A stretch of DNA of 64,000 nt from Pecten maximus (GCF_902652985.1 NC_047030.1:33232001-33296000), one strand, 5' to 3'; numbered from the stretch's first letter, positions 25,401-38,939 are shown. Translations and numbers: made by a program. The notes: generated by a model from the letters alone, not told the origin.

Positions 25401-27419
25401 TCCTGTGTATATATCCTGTGTATGTATCCTGTGCATATATCCTGTGTATATATCCTGTGTATATATCCTTTGTATGTATCCTGTGTATGTATCCTGTGTA
25501 TGTATCCTGTGTATATATCCTTTATATATCCTGTGTGTATATCCTGTGTGTATATCCTGTGTATGTATCCTGTGTATGTATCCTGTGTATGTATCCTGTG
25601 TATATATCCTGTGTATGTATCCTGTGTATATATCCTGTGTGTATATCCTGTGTATATAGCACGAGGTACCAATGTTAGCATCCCGACAACCAAATACATT
25701 CCTTGAACTCACAGTACATGTACTTAATTATAAGCTATGTTTGTTTACTTAGTATGCAAACAGTGATTAACACTGACGTATCATACGTTACTACAATACA
25801 CTAGGCTTCTCGTACTGAACGTGTGGAAATGTCCCGTTTCTCCACATTATTGATTTTAGTAGAGAATATAAACGCCCTGAACACGTATGCATATCAGCAA
25901 TGATATAACAATTTAATCGTTTTCGTTTTTCCGATTCATTTAATTTATTTAAAACTTGATGTTGTTTGTTGTTATTTTTCCTAAACATTACGAAATAGCT
26001 GCATCATAACAGAGAAAAGTAATATTATAATTACGGGATAGTGCTACACTTTATATAAGATACTATTGAAGATAAAAGAAAAGGAAAGTAATTGAATGGG
26101 GACAATATGGGCTTTCGTAGTTTGTTATCGTACAAATAACGGCTTGATGATTATCTTTAGCTCAAGGAACATGCTTTATACAATTTACCTAGCACACATA
26201 AAGTGTTTATTCAAACCAGGAGATGCAGCATGTGCTGAAGACCTTGAACGGGAGAGCTATCTTTAGGCGACATTAGATAGGTTTCGAATGGCACTTCTAT
26301 ACAAAATAATCTATAACGAAATTGTTGATTTTAACGTCATGCCACAGAATGATAGCATTTGTGACGTACTTGGGTGATTTACTTAAGCATTGATGTCATT
26401 TATTTTAGTTTCATCGGGGTATGAAAAAAAAAATTGTTTGTAAACTTCTGTAAGAATCCACTACGCGCAACGCTTATAATTAAATTTTGAAAATAATTTT
26501 CTAATCTAAAACATGCTTTATGTACAATTTTACTGGTTTTATATGGGATTCCTTTTCTCAAATCAATACGCAACGTCAATTTTCGTATTGTGACGTCACA
26601 TTTTTCGCGCCATTCCCGGAATTTGTTGCATAGTGGTATAAAAAAAGATCTCAACCAATCAGAAAGCCGCATTCTGCGTACAAATAATGGAAAATTAATT
26701 ATTGTTTAATGAATAGATAATGGAGTTGAGAGAAAATAGATAACTTTTTGAAATTTCACAAGTACATTGTCGGTAAATTGTATATATATGTTATATAATT
26801 AGATTATTTTTGATAGCGTCGAAATTCTTCTTTCGGAAAAGGGAGGCGTACAGATTGAAACAAGTTAGTAGAAAATGTATATACATATTTGAATTGTACA
26901 ACTTTGGTATATTTCAACACGTTAGTATATCTTGATGAATTTATGAAAATGCATTTTATGTCACATATGCTACATGTAACAGCATGAGCAGGCATAAGAA
27001 CATTAGCAAGAAATATCACATACATGCAAACACGCAATGCCTTGTAAATGCATTCTTCTAATTACATGTTGACGTCGCTTTTGTTTTTTGTTTAATAATG
27101 TTTGTTTCCGTTTTTTTCTTTAGTTACTTCATAATTCCTTTGTAATAAAACATATTCTGTATTTTGTTATCCACTTAAGTCGTTTGAAATTGATCGACCG
27201 TAAACTGTAACAAATGAAAAAAATGCTAATGGTGATATACAGTACGTACCAAGGGGCGGGTCCATACGGTCCTTTATGCTGTACCGAGAGGTTGAATCTG
27301 GGATTAAATGGATACGTCATACTGTTAAATTCCAAATCATATGAGAGATCAACAATTCTCCTACTGTCAACCGGCATAATTGTCACCATCGCCGAACAAA
27401 CCAACATTAAACCAACCAT
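22470..27419 (-). CDS. cyclase-family metal-dependent hydrolase (kynurenine formamidase KynB/isatin hydrolase-like), copy A. Exons 27419-27250 and 23154-22470
   Basis: Signal peptide MVGLMLVCSAMVTIMPVDS, then RIVDLSY, the HTGTHVDSPNHF family motif, HFPG, GVDTPS, PVH, IENVAN and GASGAPAR. A phase-2 GT-AG intron joins P-W-L-Q. The intron spans an assembly gap. Confidence 0.9.
24161..24336. other. assembly gap
   Basis: Run of N. Confidence 1.
24390..25657. repeat. 13-bp minisatellite (TATCCTGTGTATR)n, about 97 units, in the cyclase A intron
   Basis: Directly visible. It explains the 13-aa periodic ORFs on both strands. Confidence 0.97.
26383..26698 (-). mobile_element. non-autonomous Crypton-like element retaining the outer arm of a terminal palindrome
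   Basis: TTAA at both ends. The body is homologous, in inverted orientation, to 28053-28350. On the minus strand it ends TGACATCAATGCTTAAGTAAA, the same last bases as the element ending at 62226. Confidence 0.6.
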
Positions 27420-28052
27420 TTCTGCGTCGTCCCAGGTTTCCTATTTCGATCAGTTTGGTTTGAAAAGAAAGTTCAAATCACCCAAATTTCCGCAGGAGAC
27501 CACACTGGTGTAGTTGTTGGCAAAAGAGCAAAGGTTTAACATACAATACATAAATAACGTGTGTTTTCTTACAGAAATGTCAAGCCCAATGCGAATAATC
27601 TACGGTAATGATGGTACTCTTGGAGTAAAGACGTGGGGAATGTGCACAATATACCCACAAAAACACTGTCCCTCTTCTGATATTTATAAAGAAGCAGATA
27701 TCAAATCCATATATAAAACAAATCATAACTATATATACAACATATCATAATTTTGGCGAATTGAATGCATATAATAAATTGGCATCGCTATTCATTCTAT
27801 TGAGGAACCATCCTTTTTTTAAAATTTTTTATTATTATTATTATTATTTTTATTTTTTTTTGAAAATGCATTTCGTTCATACCATAATAGGTCAAACTAT
27901 GTTTTCGTCTACATCAAACCAATGCGATTGTTGTTGCCAAAATAAAATCGATGAGCTACCGGAAGAAGTCCATGTTAACGCTATAATCACACGTGACAGG
28001 AAAACGTCAAGAATGGACTCATAAGATATAAGCTCTCACACGCTACCTCTTT

Positions 28053-28423
28053 GTTTTCCATTGTTTGTAAGCAGAATGCAGCTCTCTGATTGGTTGAGAT
28101 TTTTGTTTCATACAACTATAATTATTTTTTTTTTGTTTTCATGGTTAATACTTAAATGTGATTGGTCGAAAAATTCTTTTCATTCTTCTATGAAAGAAAT
28201 TCGAGAATGGCGCGAAAGATGTGACGTCACAATACGACAATTGACGTTGCGTATTGATTTGAGAAAAAGAATCCCATTTAAAACCAGTAAAATTGTACAT
28301 AAAACATTTTTAAATTAGAAAATCATTTTCAAAAATTAATTATAAGCGTTGATGTCAATTTTTTTTTTAGTTTCATCGGGGTATGAAACAAATTTTGTTT
28401 GCAAACTTCTGTAAGAATCCGCG
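28053..28423 (+). mobile_element. second copy of the same non-autonomous element, retaining the inner arm of the palindrome
   Basis: Shares GCAGAATGC..CT.TCTGATTGGTTGAGAT and GTGACGTCACAATACGA.AATTGACGTTGCGTATTGATTTGAGAAAA with the 26383-26698 copy. It stops at AAGAATCCGCG. Confidence 0.6.
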
Positions 28424-29226
28424 AACTTTTGTCTCCAAAGACGGACACGGATTTCTTATCGATCATATGTTGATTGAAAATGGCAAAAGTGATTGTGTAG
28501 GCGATTGGATATTTTGCTTTATAAGTACCAATTGTATCAATACCGTCAATGGTTCAGTAGACTCAGATTTGACACAACCGGTGATGCTTTTCAGCTTAAA
28601 GTAAAAAAAGCACCTTGAAAAGTGACCTTGACCTTGACTCTACATGGTTATACAATGATTCAGCTAAAGAAACATCAGCCAAACCTTGCTATGAACTGAT
28701 TGACAAAAAGGACACTGGGCGACAGGGAAGGTCGATGCCAAAATCAATTAGTCATCTGTGTAAAGAAAGCAACTTAAAAATTGCTGAACGAGCTGTAAGA
28801 ATAAAAACAAATTCTCAATCAAGAAACATCTTTACAGCGTTATTCTGGTTTGCATTGCAATGCGAAAGTGATTTCTCTCGAAAGAGTCAACATGTACCTA
28901 AGGTAAATCTAACAGGAAAATACTAAATGCATTCTCCAAAAGTTAGTGTGCACGAAGTCTCGCGCATTTTTAAACATGTAAAATGCACAAAATTTACATG
29001 TTATAGCTTTGCTGGGAAAGATGCCACAAAATGATATTTTCGATGCTTCATCTGGCCTAATCCCCTTTTCTTGTCCTCATTGGTTCCATAGAAGTTCAGC
29101 AACAAACTACAAAACTAATATTACAGTACATACATATATAAGTATATATGGGAATATACCACCGCAAATAAATATATTCCAGCTTAATCTAAACCTCAAG
29201 TTGACTTTAGCTCACAAATGTCACTG

Positions 29227-29359
29227 NNNNNNNNNNNNNNNNNNNNNNNNNNNNNNNNNNNNNNNNNNNNNNNNNNNNNNNNNNNNNNNNNNNNNNNNNN
29301 NNNNNNNNNNNNNNNNNNNNNNNNNNNNNNNNNNNNNNNNNNNNNNNNNNNNNNNNNNN
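29227..29359. other. assembly gap
   Basis: Run of N. Confidence 1.
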
Positions 29360-29974
29360 ATAAATAATATATTTTCAAATTGACAAATATCTTAATTTCA
29401 ACTTGGCATAATTTACTATACTATGTGGCTTAAGTTAACAAAAAATGCAGTGTTCGTGAGTTGGGTGCAAAAACGAAAAGTCTGTGTAGCACTTCAGTAT
29501 GCATATACATGTATCCCCAAGGTATTAGCCTTCGTGCCGCATATTTTGTCGGATATTAACATAGCCGGAGTGTCTGTATATATCTCACACGTAACACATG
29601 CTGAATTAACGTACGGGGCTCGACTTGTCCAGGAAGGTTTTCCTGAGATAACATAAATATTCTGTCTTATTTCAATATGGTGCAGTATTAAGTGCATAGA
29701 GCTACGATCCTGTGAATCAAACAGGTTGAAATGTTACAGCCGGTTAATTCTACACAGAGCAAATTTTAGGACGGGTTATATTATTCACATTTCTGTAAAC
29801 ATATAAGAACACGCATGTGCACTGCAGAGCATTAGCTATACGGTCTTCGGTATTGCTATCTCCAACGTCAAGTGCGGCAGTCTCGTGTGAAAAGAAAACT
29901 AAATTGTCGCATAACCCTTTGTCAATGCAACATATTTTCCAAAATACATTCCAACGGATCTTTAACGTACAGAT

Positions 29975-32900
29975 ATGGAGGCTGGAGGAATGGTTGGATT
30001 GATGTTGATTTTGTCGGCTATGGTTACGATTATACCAGTGGAGAGTCGGAGGATTGTCGATCTTTCCTACGATATGGACAACAATGCTTTGACGTATCCC
30101 AATAATCCTCGCTTCAACCTTACCCTCGTACATGAGGGATCCTACGGACCTGTCCCATGGTAAGTATCTCAGTTACCTTGTCAATTTTCTTTTAATCAAG
30201 AATATTTAGGCTAAGCCTAATGAAATGCCAAAAATAGATCGAAGTGGGATTAAGCGATTTTAGACATTGCATGAATACGATATTGGGTCCAGATAAATAT
30301 GCTTATCATTTTTTATTAATGTATGTAAACTATATTTATTCTACAACAATTGCGAAACAAGTTATATCAACTTATATTAATCACTTTCGATGGCCCTGAT
30401 GGAAGCGCGCGAGGGGTCTTACTGTCTGAAGAGACTGGAGTAACCGGGGAAAACCCACATGGTCGAGCAGGTGACTTCATATCTTTTCACGTCCAATCGA
30501 GGAATCAAACTCCAACAAGCAAAACATTAAAATGCGCATGATGTTAACAGACATTAATGGGGATTTTTCATTTGTATACAATGAGGGCTGATTACTGGTG
30601 CTTTAGCGCAGATTGAGAACGCGCCAAAGCCAAGTTACAGAGAAGTTTGTCGCGTTTAAAAAACCTTTACAACGGACCAACACGCCAAAAACAACATTTT
30701 ACCTAACCATCACACCATAATATAAATAATGCAGAGTCGAGTCAAATTAAGAATATCTCGTCGAAACATTAGCATTAGCTCATGAAAAATTAGCAAAAAA
30801 CATGTTTTAATACGTAAAGGAAAGGAGGAATGGCTCATAGGTATAAATTCACATACAATGTATTAGTAGATTGTGTGCAAACTATCGATACAAAAATGCG
30901 AACTAAAAACTTTAATATTTATTTCAATAATTTTCTGCAAATTATAAACAAATTCAGCCCTATATTAAGTACATATTACTTTAATGTCTGATGATCACAG
31001 CCAATTAAAATCAATTTGATACGAATACAATAAATAAATAAATCAATAGATTCCGCCGAAAATATTTTGACATTTATTTTTTTAAGAAGTGACCTACATT
31101 TATTGCGTGTATTTCAAATCATAAGTAGTAAATATACATATATCAATATCATCTTCTCACTGTTCAAACACAGGAAATAAGAAATTAACATTCGCTACTT
31201 TTTCCTATTCAGGAACACATTAATTGAAACAAATTGCACATTGCATGATGTCCTTTCGCTCAACTCGTTAAAATTATGCATCAATTATCACCCTTTCATT
31301 CACATAGATCAATGTAAATATCAAATAATAAGACTTAAGCCCAAAAATATATCAACTATAGACTTTTTATATATAAGAACATAATTTGACTGTTTAATAC
31401 AATTGGGCTACAATGGTAACATTCCGATATGATTAAACATAATGTTCATTTTTCAACAAACTACAAACACACCCACAATGTACAAAGAAATCTTCTTTTG
31501 TGAGAAGTTAGGCAATCTACAATGACTGTTACTACATTGTTTGGTTGATAACACGTTTTCGCGGGTATACATATGTCTTTTTTGAAACTATGCTTTATAT
31601 CACAGCTGCTGTACCTAATTATGCTGACTCTATCCATATCCTATGCTATATATCTGTACACTATGCGTGCATTGTAGAAGTATAGTAGACGTAAGAATCT
31701 AGGTCATTCGGAATCCTGCAGGCGGCCAACATGTTTATCTGACGGATAGAGTGAATCTATGTCCAGATGTTGGAAATATGTCAACACTTACTTATCCAAA
31801 ACATGTTATATATGAAACCTGTTGATCTATTATAATATGTTATAAATATAGATCCGAATGTAGGCCCCCAAGTCAAAAGAATATACTCTATGGGAAGATG
31901 ACTTAAGAAGTCTGCATATCCTTAAGTTATATGTTATTAAAACATCAGATTGTACACGTGAAGGTCTGGGGTCAAAATTGGTAGGTGAGAAAAAAAGAAA
32001 TGGAAAAAAAATATTGTTAAAAGTAATACGAATTTAATATTCGAGTAAAGTTTTTATTCATTTTGCCTGAAAATAACGCAGCCGTCTTAGTCTATACGTG
32101 CAATATTCAGTAACTGATATAGAATTGGTTATTGATTATTTTCCGTCAAAATATATATTTAACATCTCGTTCTGCACATTTAACGGTAAACGGTCTAGAT
32201 TACTAACAATGAAAATGGGGCTTTATTCAGTCATATTTACTCTTCTCCAAAATGACTGGTTTTATATTCAATGTACTGTGCAAAGGGTCCCCATACCATT
32301 CTTAATATATTTCAAATGTGCCCTAATTCACTAGTTTCTTTAGTCAGAATCATGGTTACATTATTACATTGGTGTTCTTGTTATTTTGTTGTTGTTGTTG
32401 TTTTTTTTTATTTTATTTTATTTTTTTTTTTTTTTGTTTATACAAAAATAAGGCAAATTTTCTTTCTTGAATTCAAAGGAAAATCTAATGATGCAAACAC
32501 AATCTAGAGGGGAAGAGTTCACTTTCTTTTTATCGCCGTAGTAAGATGTATCTTCATTTTCATAGATATCAATATGTATCAACATTTTACCATGTATTCC
32601 CAGACAGCTTATCAATATTTTTCTCCTGTAAAGGAGTAAACAAACAGTCGGATGAACTTAAGTTGAAATATATTTCCCTTTTGTAACGCATCGCTCTACT
32701 GAACGTTTGCTTCCTCAGTAATATTTTTCGCCGCGTTCTCATGAAGGGATTAAATATAAGTTAAAATTAATTGCTTTGCAATTGTTGTAAAATAACTGTT
32801 TTGATATTATACTTCTTTATATATTCATAGGCTGCAGTTTGGAAATGTGGAGTTCGGTGTACACACTGGCACGCACATCGATTCTCCGAACCACTTCGTT

Positions 32901-33515
32901 AAGGGGGGTCTACAGGCACATCAGATCAGTATGGAACGGTTAATGGGGCCAGGGGTGGTCATCAATGTCAAGGCCAAGGTCGTTCAAAACATAGACTATG
33001 AGATCACTGACAAAGACTTTATGGCTTGGGAGGAAGAAAACGGTCCAATTCCTAAGGGCGCCATTGTACTAATGAACTCTGGCTGGGGTGCAAGATATCC
33101 TGATTTTGAGCGAGTCTTTAATTCTTCAACATACAAACAGGACCATTCATCTCTTCATTTTCCAGGATTTCACGCGAATGCTGCTCAATGGCTAGTCAAC
33201 AAACGACATATATATGCAATCGGAGTTGATACACCCTCGGCTGACAACGGCAGAAGCTCTTCTTTTCCTGTCCATCAAATTGTAATGAAAGAAAATATCC
33301 TTATTATTGAAAACGTTGCAAATATGGACAAACTTCCAAGCAGTGGATCATACATTTATCTCCCCATGCTCAAGTTCAAAGGAGCGTCAGGTGCGCCTGC
33401 GCGTATGTTCGCCGCCATTGAAGACGAGGGAGACAGAACAAACAGTGCAACAGCCTTCGTCTCTCACGTTTCGGCTGTTGGATGTTTGCTCGTGCTAAAA
33501 CGCCTACTTATCTAA
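29975..33515 (+). CDS. cyclase-family metal-dependent hydrolase, copy B. Exons 29975-30159 and 32831-33515
   Basis: Signal peptide, RRIVDLSY, HTGTHIDSPNHF, GVDTPS, PVH and IENVAN. The intron has the same position and phase as in copy A. Hydrophobic C-terminus. Confidence 0.93.
30355..30520 (-). mobile_element. V-domain-like SINE relic in the cyclase B intron
   Basis: GGAGTAACCGGGGAAAACCCAC is the reverse of the V-SINE core GTGGGTTTTCTCCGGGTACTCC. Confidence 0.55.
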
Positions 33516-34436
33516 GTTGAGCATACTTTTGTTGTATTACAGTGATGAACCATTTAAGTTTCACGGAAATATTCAACCCTCTTATAGATGTGTTGTATGT
33601 TCAAATGAGGACCCTTTAGCTGGACGCGGATATGTATTGATATATATATATCTAGATATATGATATTTCATAGTTATTCAAAGCCATGATAATTAGTCTG
33701 CCGTTAATTTGGTTGATCATATTAATAAATACTTACGACCAGTGTTCTTTTCAAATGAGCTTCATTGAATAAAGATGAGAAAGAATACCGAAATATAAAT
33801 AAAACGTGAATTCTAACTGGAAATATATTAAACTAACATTAACCACGTCTGACTCCAAATCTTCCATCTGTGGCCTTACCAAGAAAATTATTTGGAATAT
33901 AAGGGTTTGACAGCAATAGAAAAAGACCCAAGGTCATAGAAAATACTCAATGATTAAATACTATAAATCAGTTTTATTCATATTCATGGTTATACTCTCG
34001 GAGAGTCAATCGCAAATTCAGACACCTTCTTAAAATTTGTACGGAAATAACAACTCTTGATGGCATCCTTGTTGATTTAGTCGTAATCATAACTCTGATT
34101 TTATTAGAATTTCTGTTTATTTTGTTTGATACATACCATAAACCATTTAACCACAAACTACTAACTATATATTTAATGCTGATATCTTTAGAACTCATTC
34201 CTGTATTGCTGGCAAAAATGCCGTCATTTAGATATACAGCAAGAGGTCCGAAGTTGGAGGTCAACACATGTGCCATAATAAATAAATAGAGCTGGAGAAT
34301 CCCGATGCTATTTCTATGTTGCAATGGTGCTAAATGCTTTAGATAGTAGAATTCAAAGCATTGTTGTTATTTACAAAATAAACAGTAGGAAAATCGGAGA
34401 CGTCACCGCTGGGACGACTACCAATTAGTATACAAG

Positions 34437-34916
34437 TGTAGACCAGGGTTATACCTGTGGTATAACACCCTACGTGTATGTGTTGTGTGAGCGAGATACG
34501 TGAGTAGTGGTCACACGTGTGTGTATGTGTTGGAATGTGAAAGCGTCCGACTGACCGTTGACAGACGGACTGTATGACTTAGCACGCGTTTTTCCCATCA
34601 CACCCCAACTGGTTTTCCCTCCTATTTTCCGCCTAACTATGACTCGGCGCCGGCACTTTCACCAGTCCGGACGTGCTTATGATAGATACTTGCATGGTTG
34701 CGAGACCATTGTCAGACATCTACTACTTGGGCCTGGGACGCCTGGTAAGTTATACACGCGTGAATGGTTTGTACTTTCGTTTCTGTGTACAGTCCGTTTC
34801 GTAAATGTCTGTATTCGTCGTTGTATTGTTTCTGTTTTAGGTTTCCTGTACGTCGAATAAATTATATCTGGAAGAATCTACGGCTGTTGTGTCTTGTATA
34901 ACGACCACACCCTACA
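34437..34916 (+). mobile_element. solo LTR, 480 bp (probably Gypsy-type)
   Basis: TGTAG...CTACA inverted ends, a 4-bp TSD CAAG on both sides (34433-34436 and 34917-34920), AATAAA at 34856, and higher GC than the flanks. Confidence 0.85.
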
Positions 34917-37900
34917 CAAGTAACAAAGCGTAACATGACAATCTGCAAATACATGTCTTGGCTATTGTCTTATCATCTTTCCAGACTGCCATCGAAATGC
35001 AATTATGATAATAATAAATCTTTGAAAGCTGCAACGCACAGAGGGACGAATAGCTGATCAATGTGAATGGAAACATTTTCAAAAATAGTTACATGTAGCT
35101 GATTCGTAAGCAGAATAAATTCAAAGTAATTATGTATCTTCAATGTTTATTGACTTGTGTTCCGGAAATAATGACTTTCAAAAATTAAAATATTTATGAT
35201 ATCAGATAATACATAGCATAATGCTTATTGAATTATCAGGTAATTGATCATCCGATGCAATATTTAATATTGTCTCCATGTCCGTTTTACTCAAGTCAAC
35301 ATGTACGTCCATTTCATTATATTTTTTTTTCAAAACGATTCTTAACAGGCCTCAGTATCCCCAATCACTGAGGCAATATTTTGGAAATAATATTCGTTTC
35401 GGTTTTAAAATTTAAAACCCGAGAATTAAATTACAATGTGTTAAATAGTGACACTGCAGCATAAATGTACATTTAAGGTATGTATGTAACACAATTTAGA
35501 TATCAAATTTGATATGGAACTCATTTACTAGAGTGATGTGGTACAAGTTTGTCGATGCACACGTGTTATCGCACATGTGCAAGGTATGGATTTTAGAAAG
35601 AGTATGTTCTAAGCAGCGACAATCTAAAATTAAAATAGAAAAAAAATATAGATAATCAGACCTTTGATAACAAATTGAAAGCACAATTAACAAAATAAAA
35701 TTATGATATAATATATCACATGATTCTAACCCACGAAAATATTATATGTCAAAATTTCTATAAACATTGTTGTTTTAACGATTAAACGTTATCCTGACAG
35801 GTCAATGAGACATCTACAGAAGAATGCAAACATGGAAAGCAGCTACGAGTCCAAAGTCATTCAAGGTCATTGGGTTATCTCACTAAATTGGACTGATCCA
35901 CATTTATATCAATAAACACTTATATATTGATATAACCACAATCAGTATACTGCTACAAGTAATGTATTCCTAAAATAGACTTTCCATTGATATAATTATA
36001 ATGATTGTTGTATAGTAGTTATGAAAACGGTAAGGTTGTATGATATACCACCAGCCCAGTCAATGTCCTTTTGCTGCATTCAAAGTATCAAAACAAGATG
36101 GCATAACGATATTCACGTTTGATAGGCTTACTCTGGCTTCGAACTTTTTGTAAAGATAGACTGAACAATTTCTTTTATCAGTATAGAAAATTACTACCAA
36201 TCTTCTATAAAAATCTATTATCAACAACATGTAATACAATACTTCAAGTTGAGTTGGAGCTACTGTCTCTAATACGTTATGACACGGTGAGATTTATAAA
36301 ATCCATGCTTAACTCGTTGAATAAGAACATGTTTATGCTAATCAGATATCATGTTGCATTTAAATCAATGACAAATAACCTAAATTACTGATGGGTATAT
36401 TTTATTAGTCATAATATTTCGATCTAGGTTTTTGTGATATCTGTTTTCGTCAGGCACAATGATTCCTTTAAATGTTGATTGATTGTATATATCCTGAGAA
36501 TACAACGTTTATTTAAAATGCTGAACATTTGGCAACGCGGTGTGCATACAGCATATTTTATGTTTTTCCCCGAACGATGATTGGACCATGTATTTAAGAA
36601 AGTTTATATGTGTATATCATTACAACTGGCTGTATGGGTAAACAGGTTCTAATTTAATGTAACATCTGTGAGGTAACATCTGATAATTGTCAAACGAGCC
36701 AATGTTCAACGCTAGAATGTCAAAAGTACAGCTACGTAATAGGCAAGCGCACATCTACTGTTCTACCACAAGCTTAATGTTAAGTAAGGCATATTTATTT
36801 TTTATCAGGATTTTCTCTTTATTTTCTTATTTTTTTTTTTTGTTGGGGTGGGGGCTTTTTGGTTCTTTCTTTGTTTTTGTTTAACGTCCCATTAACAACA
36901 GGGCCATTTTAGGACGTGCCAGGTTTTGGATGTCAAATTATAGATGAAATTTATTTGTATATGGATATTAGTCATCTATTGGTGAAACCGGAGAACAACA
37001 TGTTCCCTTGCCGTCCGTCCGCCTTGCCGTCCGGGTGTCTGTCACTCCGTCCACTCAGTTTTCCGTTCTGTTTTTGAAAGTTTGTAGTAACTTCAGTATG
37101 AGTTACTACATATCAAGTTTGAGGTTAAGGGGTTATAGATCAAGGGCAAGGACAATACTGTTTTTTTTAACAATACACAACATGCTTGTTGTTACATATC
37201 CAACATTTTTTTGCTTAAACTCTGGACATTACCCTGTAAAATATAGCTTGGTAAAAGTTTATATTTCAGTTAATATAATTTGTTCTCTTGCTCATGTTGC
37301 GTGTACAATTGCATAAAAACCTGTGTAGCTCTCACACTGAAAATGAGATTGCGATACATGGTTCATATTTCGTTTGTTTGATATCAAATTATAGTCATAT
37401 TATAAATAATTTATGAAATTCAACGATTCGTTTTTAAAGGTGCACGTTCTCTTTTATAAATAACATGATTCACGGCTGAGAGCACGACATACCTAATTTT
37501 GTATTATGTGTGTTCTGCACACCATATTCTATCATAATTTAAATATTGAGTATGTGAAAATAAATGTATCAATTGTCATAGGGAAATGGTAACTCCCAAT
37601 CAAAATACCAGTGACATTCGAATCTAATTACCTGGACCTTTAATTTTGTAACCATAGTGTTAAATAATCAGATTCTTAGCAGACCTTTCCCTTAAATCCC
37701 CCCCCCCCTTCAAAGAAAAAAAGGAGGAAGGGGGGGGGGGGGGGGGGGGGAGAGAAAACAAACCAAAGCAGACCCCATTATTTTTTCTACAGTGAACAGT
37801 ATGGAAAATGAAGTCTGGTAATTTGTGTAAAATGACTTAATTTGACATCACTGGCCAGGCTTAAGACAGGTTTTTAGCTTTTTGTTGTTGTTGTCATTTC

Positions 37901-38939
37901 CTGTCCTTATGGGCAGGGTATAAACAGTATATGTTTGGGTACTTTATTAGGCAGAATAAAAAAGTATCCGAAGGATGGCCATTCGATGGGATGATCATCA
38001 TTAATATAAAAAAAAGTTTGATAAATGCTTTCTGAAACAAAATTGGTGGTATTTGAGGCCAAAAAAAAAACCCCGTTGTTTACCCCGGTGATAGGGCTGA
38101 GGTAGACTGGGGTCACGTACACTTGTAAATGACACCACTAGTGTAATTTATTGATATTTTAACTATTTAGACTAAATTCATTGAACTTAATCTCTTTTTT
38201 TGGTAGAAGGCGAGTACTTTCAATGCAAGAAGGGTGTGTTTTTATAGGGGTATAAAAAGTATCCGGATGTTTTTTTTTCTGACTAAAAAGTATCCGGTTA
38301 TCTTTTTTAAGGGAATATATATTTTGCATGACACTGGGCCTGAACAAATCTCACATACAGCGAACGATTAAGGAAACTTAAGCTTCCAACATCATCCTAT
38401 CGGCTAAGGGGACTAATGATCGAATTAATGGACTATACAACAAGAAATTTTGTAAAAACGCGCGTCAAACTATGAAAATATCGCAGAGAAACAGCGAAAG
38501 AGGAACTCTAATAGAATATATCCCAAGCGAGCACCATCAACAACAAGAAAACATACTTTTCCACTGCAATAAGAACAACACACTTCTAGAACCTGAAGCT
38601 GTCACATCTGCAACAAGGCCATTGTAAAAACATATCGTCCACAACTATACAGCTTAAATAACAATATAGATCAATGTAATATACCAGACTGAAATTTAAT
38701 ATCAATGTATTAATTCCTAATTGTGTTAATATAGATGTTCTGAATGTAGTAATATCAGTATTTGGACTCTGGTATAGAGGACTATAGAAGTCCTGCACCA
38801 GAAATAAACTTACTTTATAACATATTTTGCATCGTTGCTGATGAAACTGAATTGAGTGAACTATGTCCTTACCTTCAATACATATATGTATTTATATATA
38901 TATATGGATATATATGGGGCAAAGAAGTAATTCAAACAG

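Noticed and set aside
24358-25712. Long Cys/Tyr/Val-rich and His/Thr-rich ORFs up to 415 aa
   Set aside because: They are translations of a stop-poor 13-bp minisatellite, open in several frames on both strands and located inside an intron.
36119-36391. ORF similar to 54028-54219 and 57448-57639 (VRxxKSMLNS)
   Set aside because: The similarity follows from DNA-level paralogy. There is no shared start, splice signal or clear synonymous bias, so it is not called coding.
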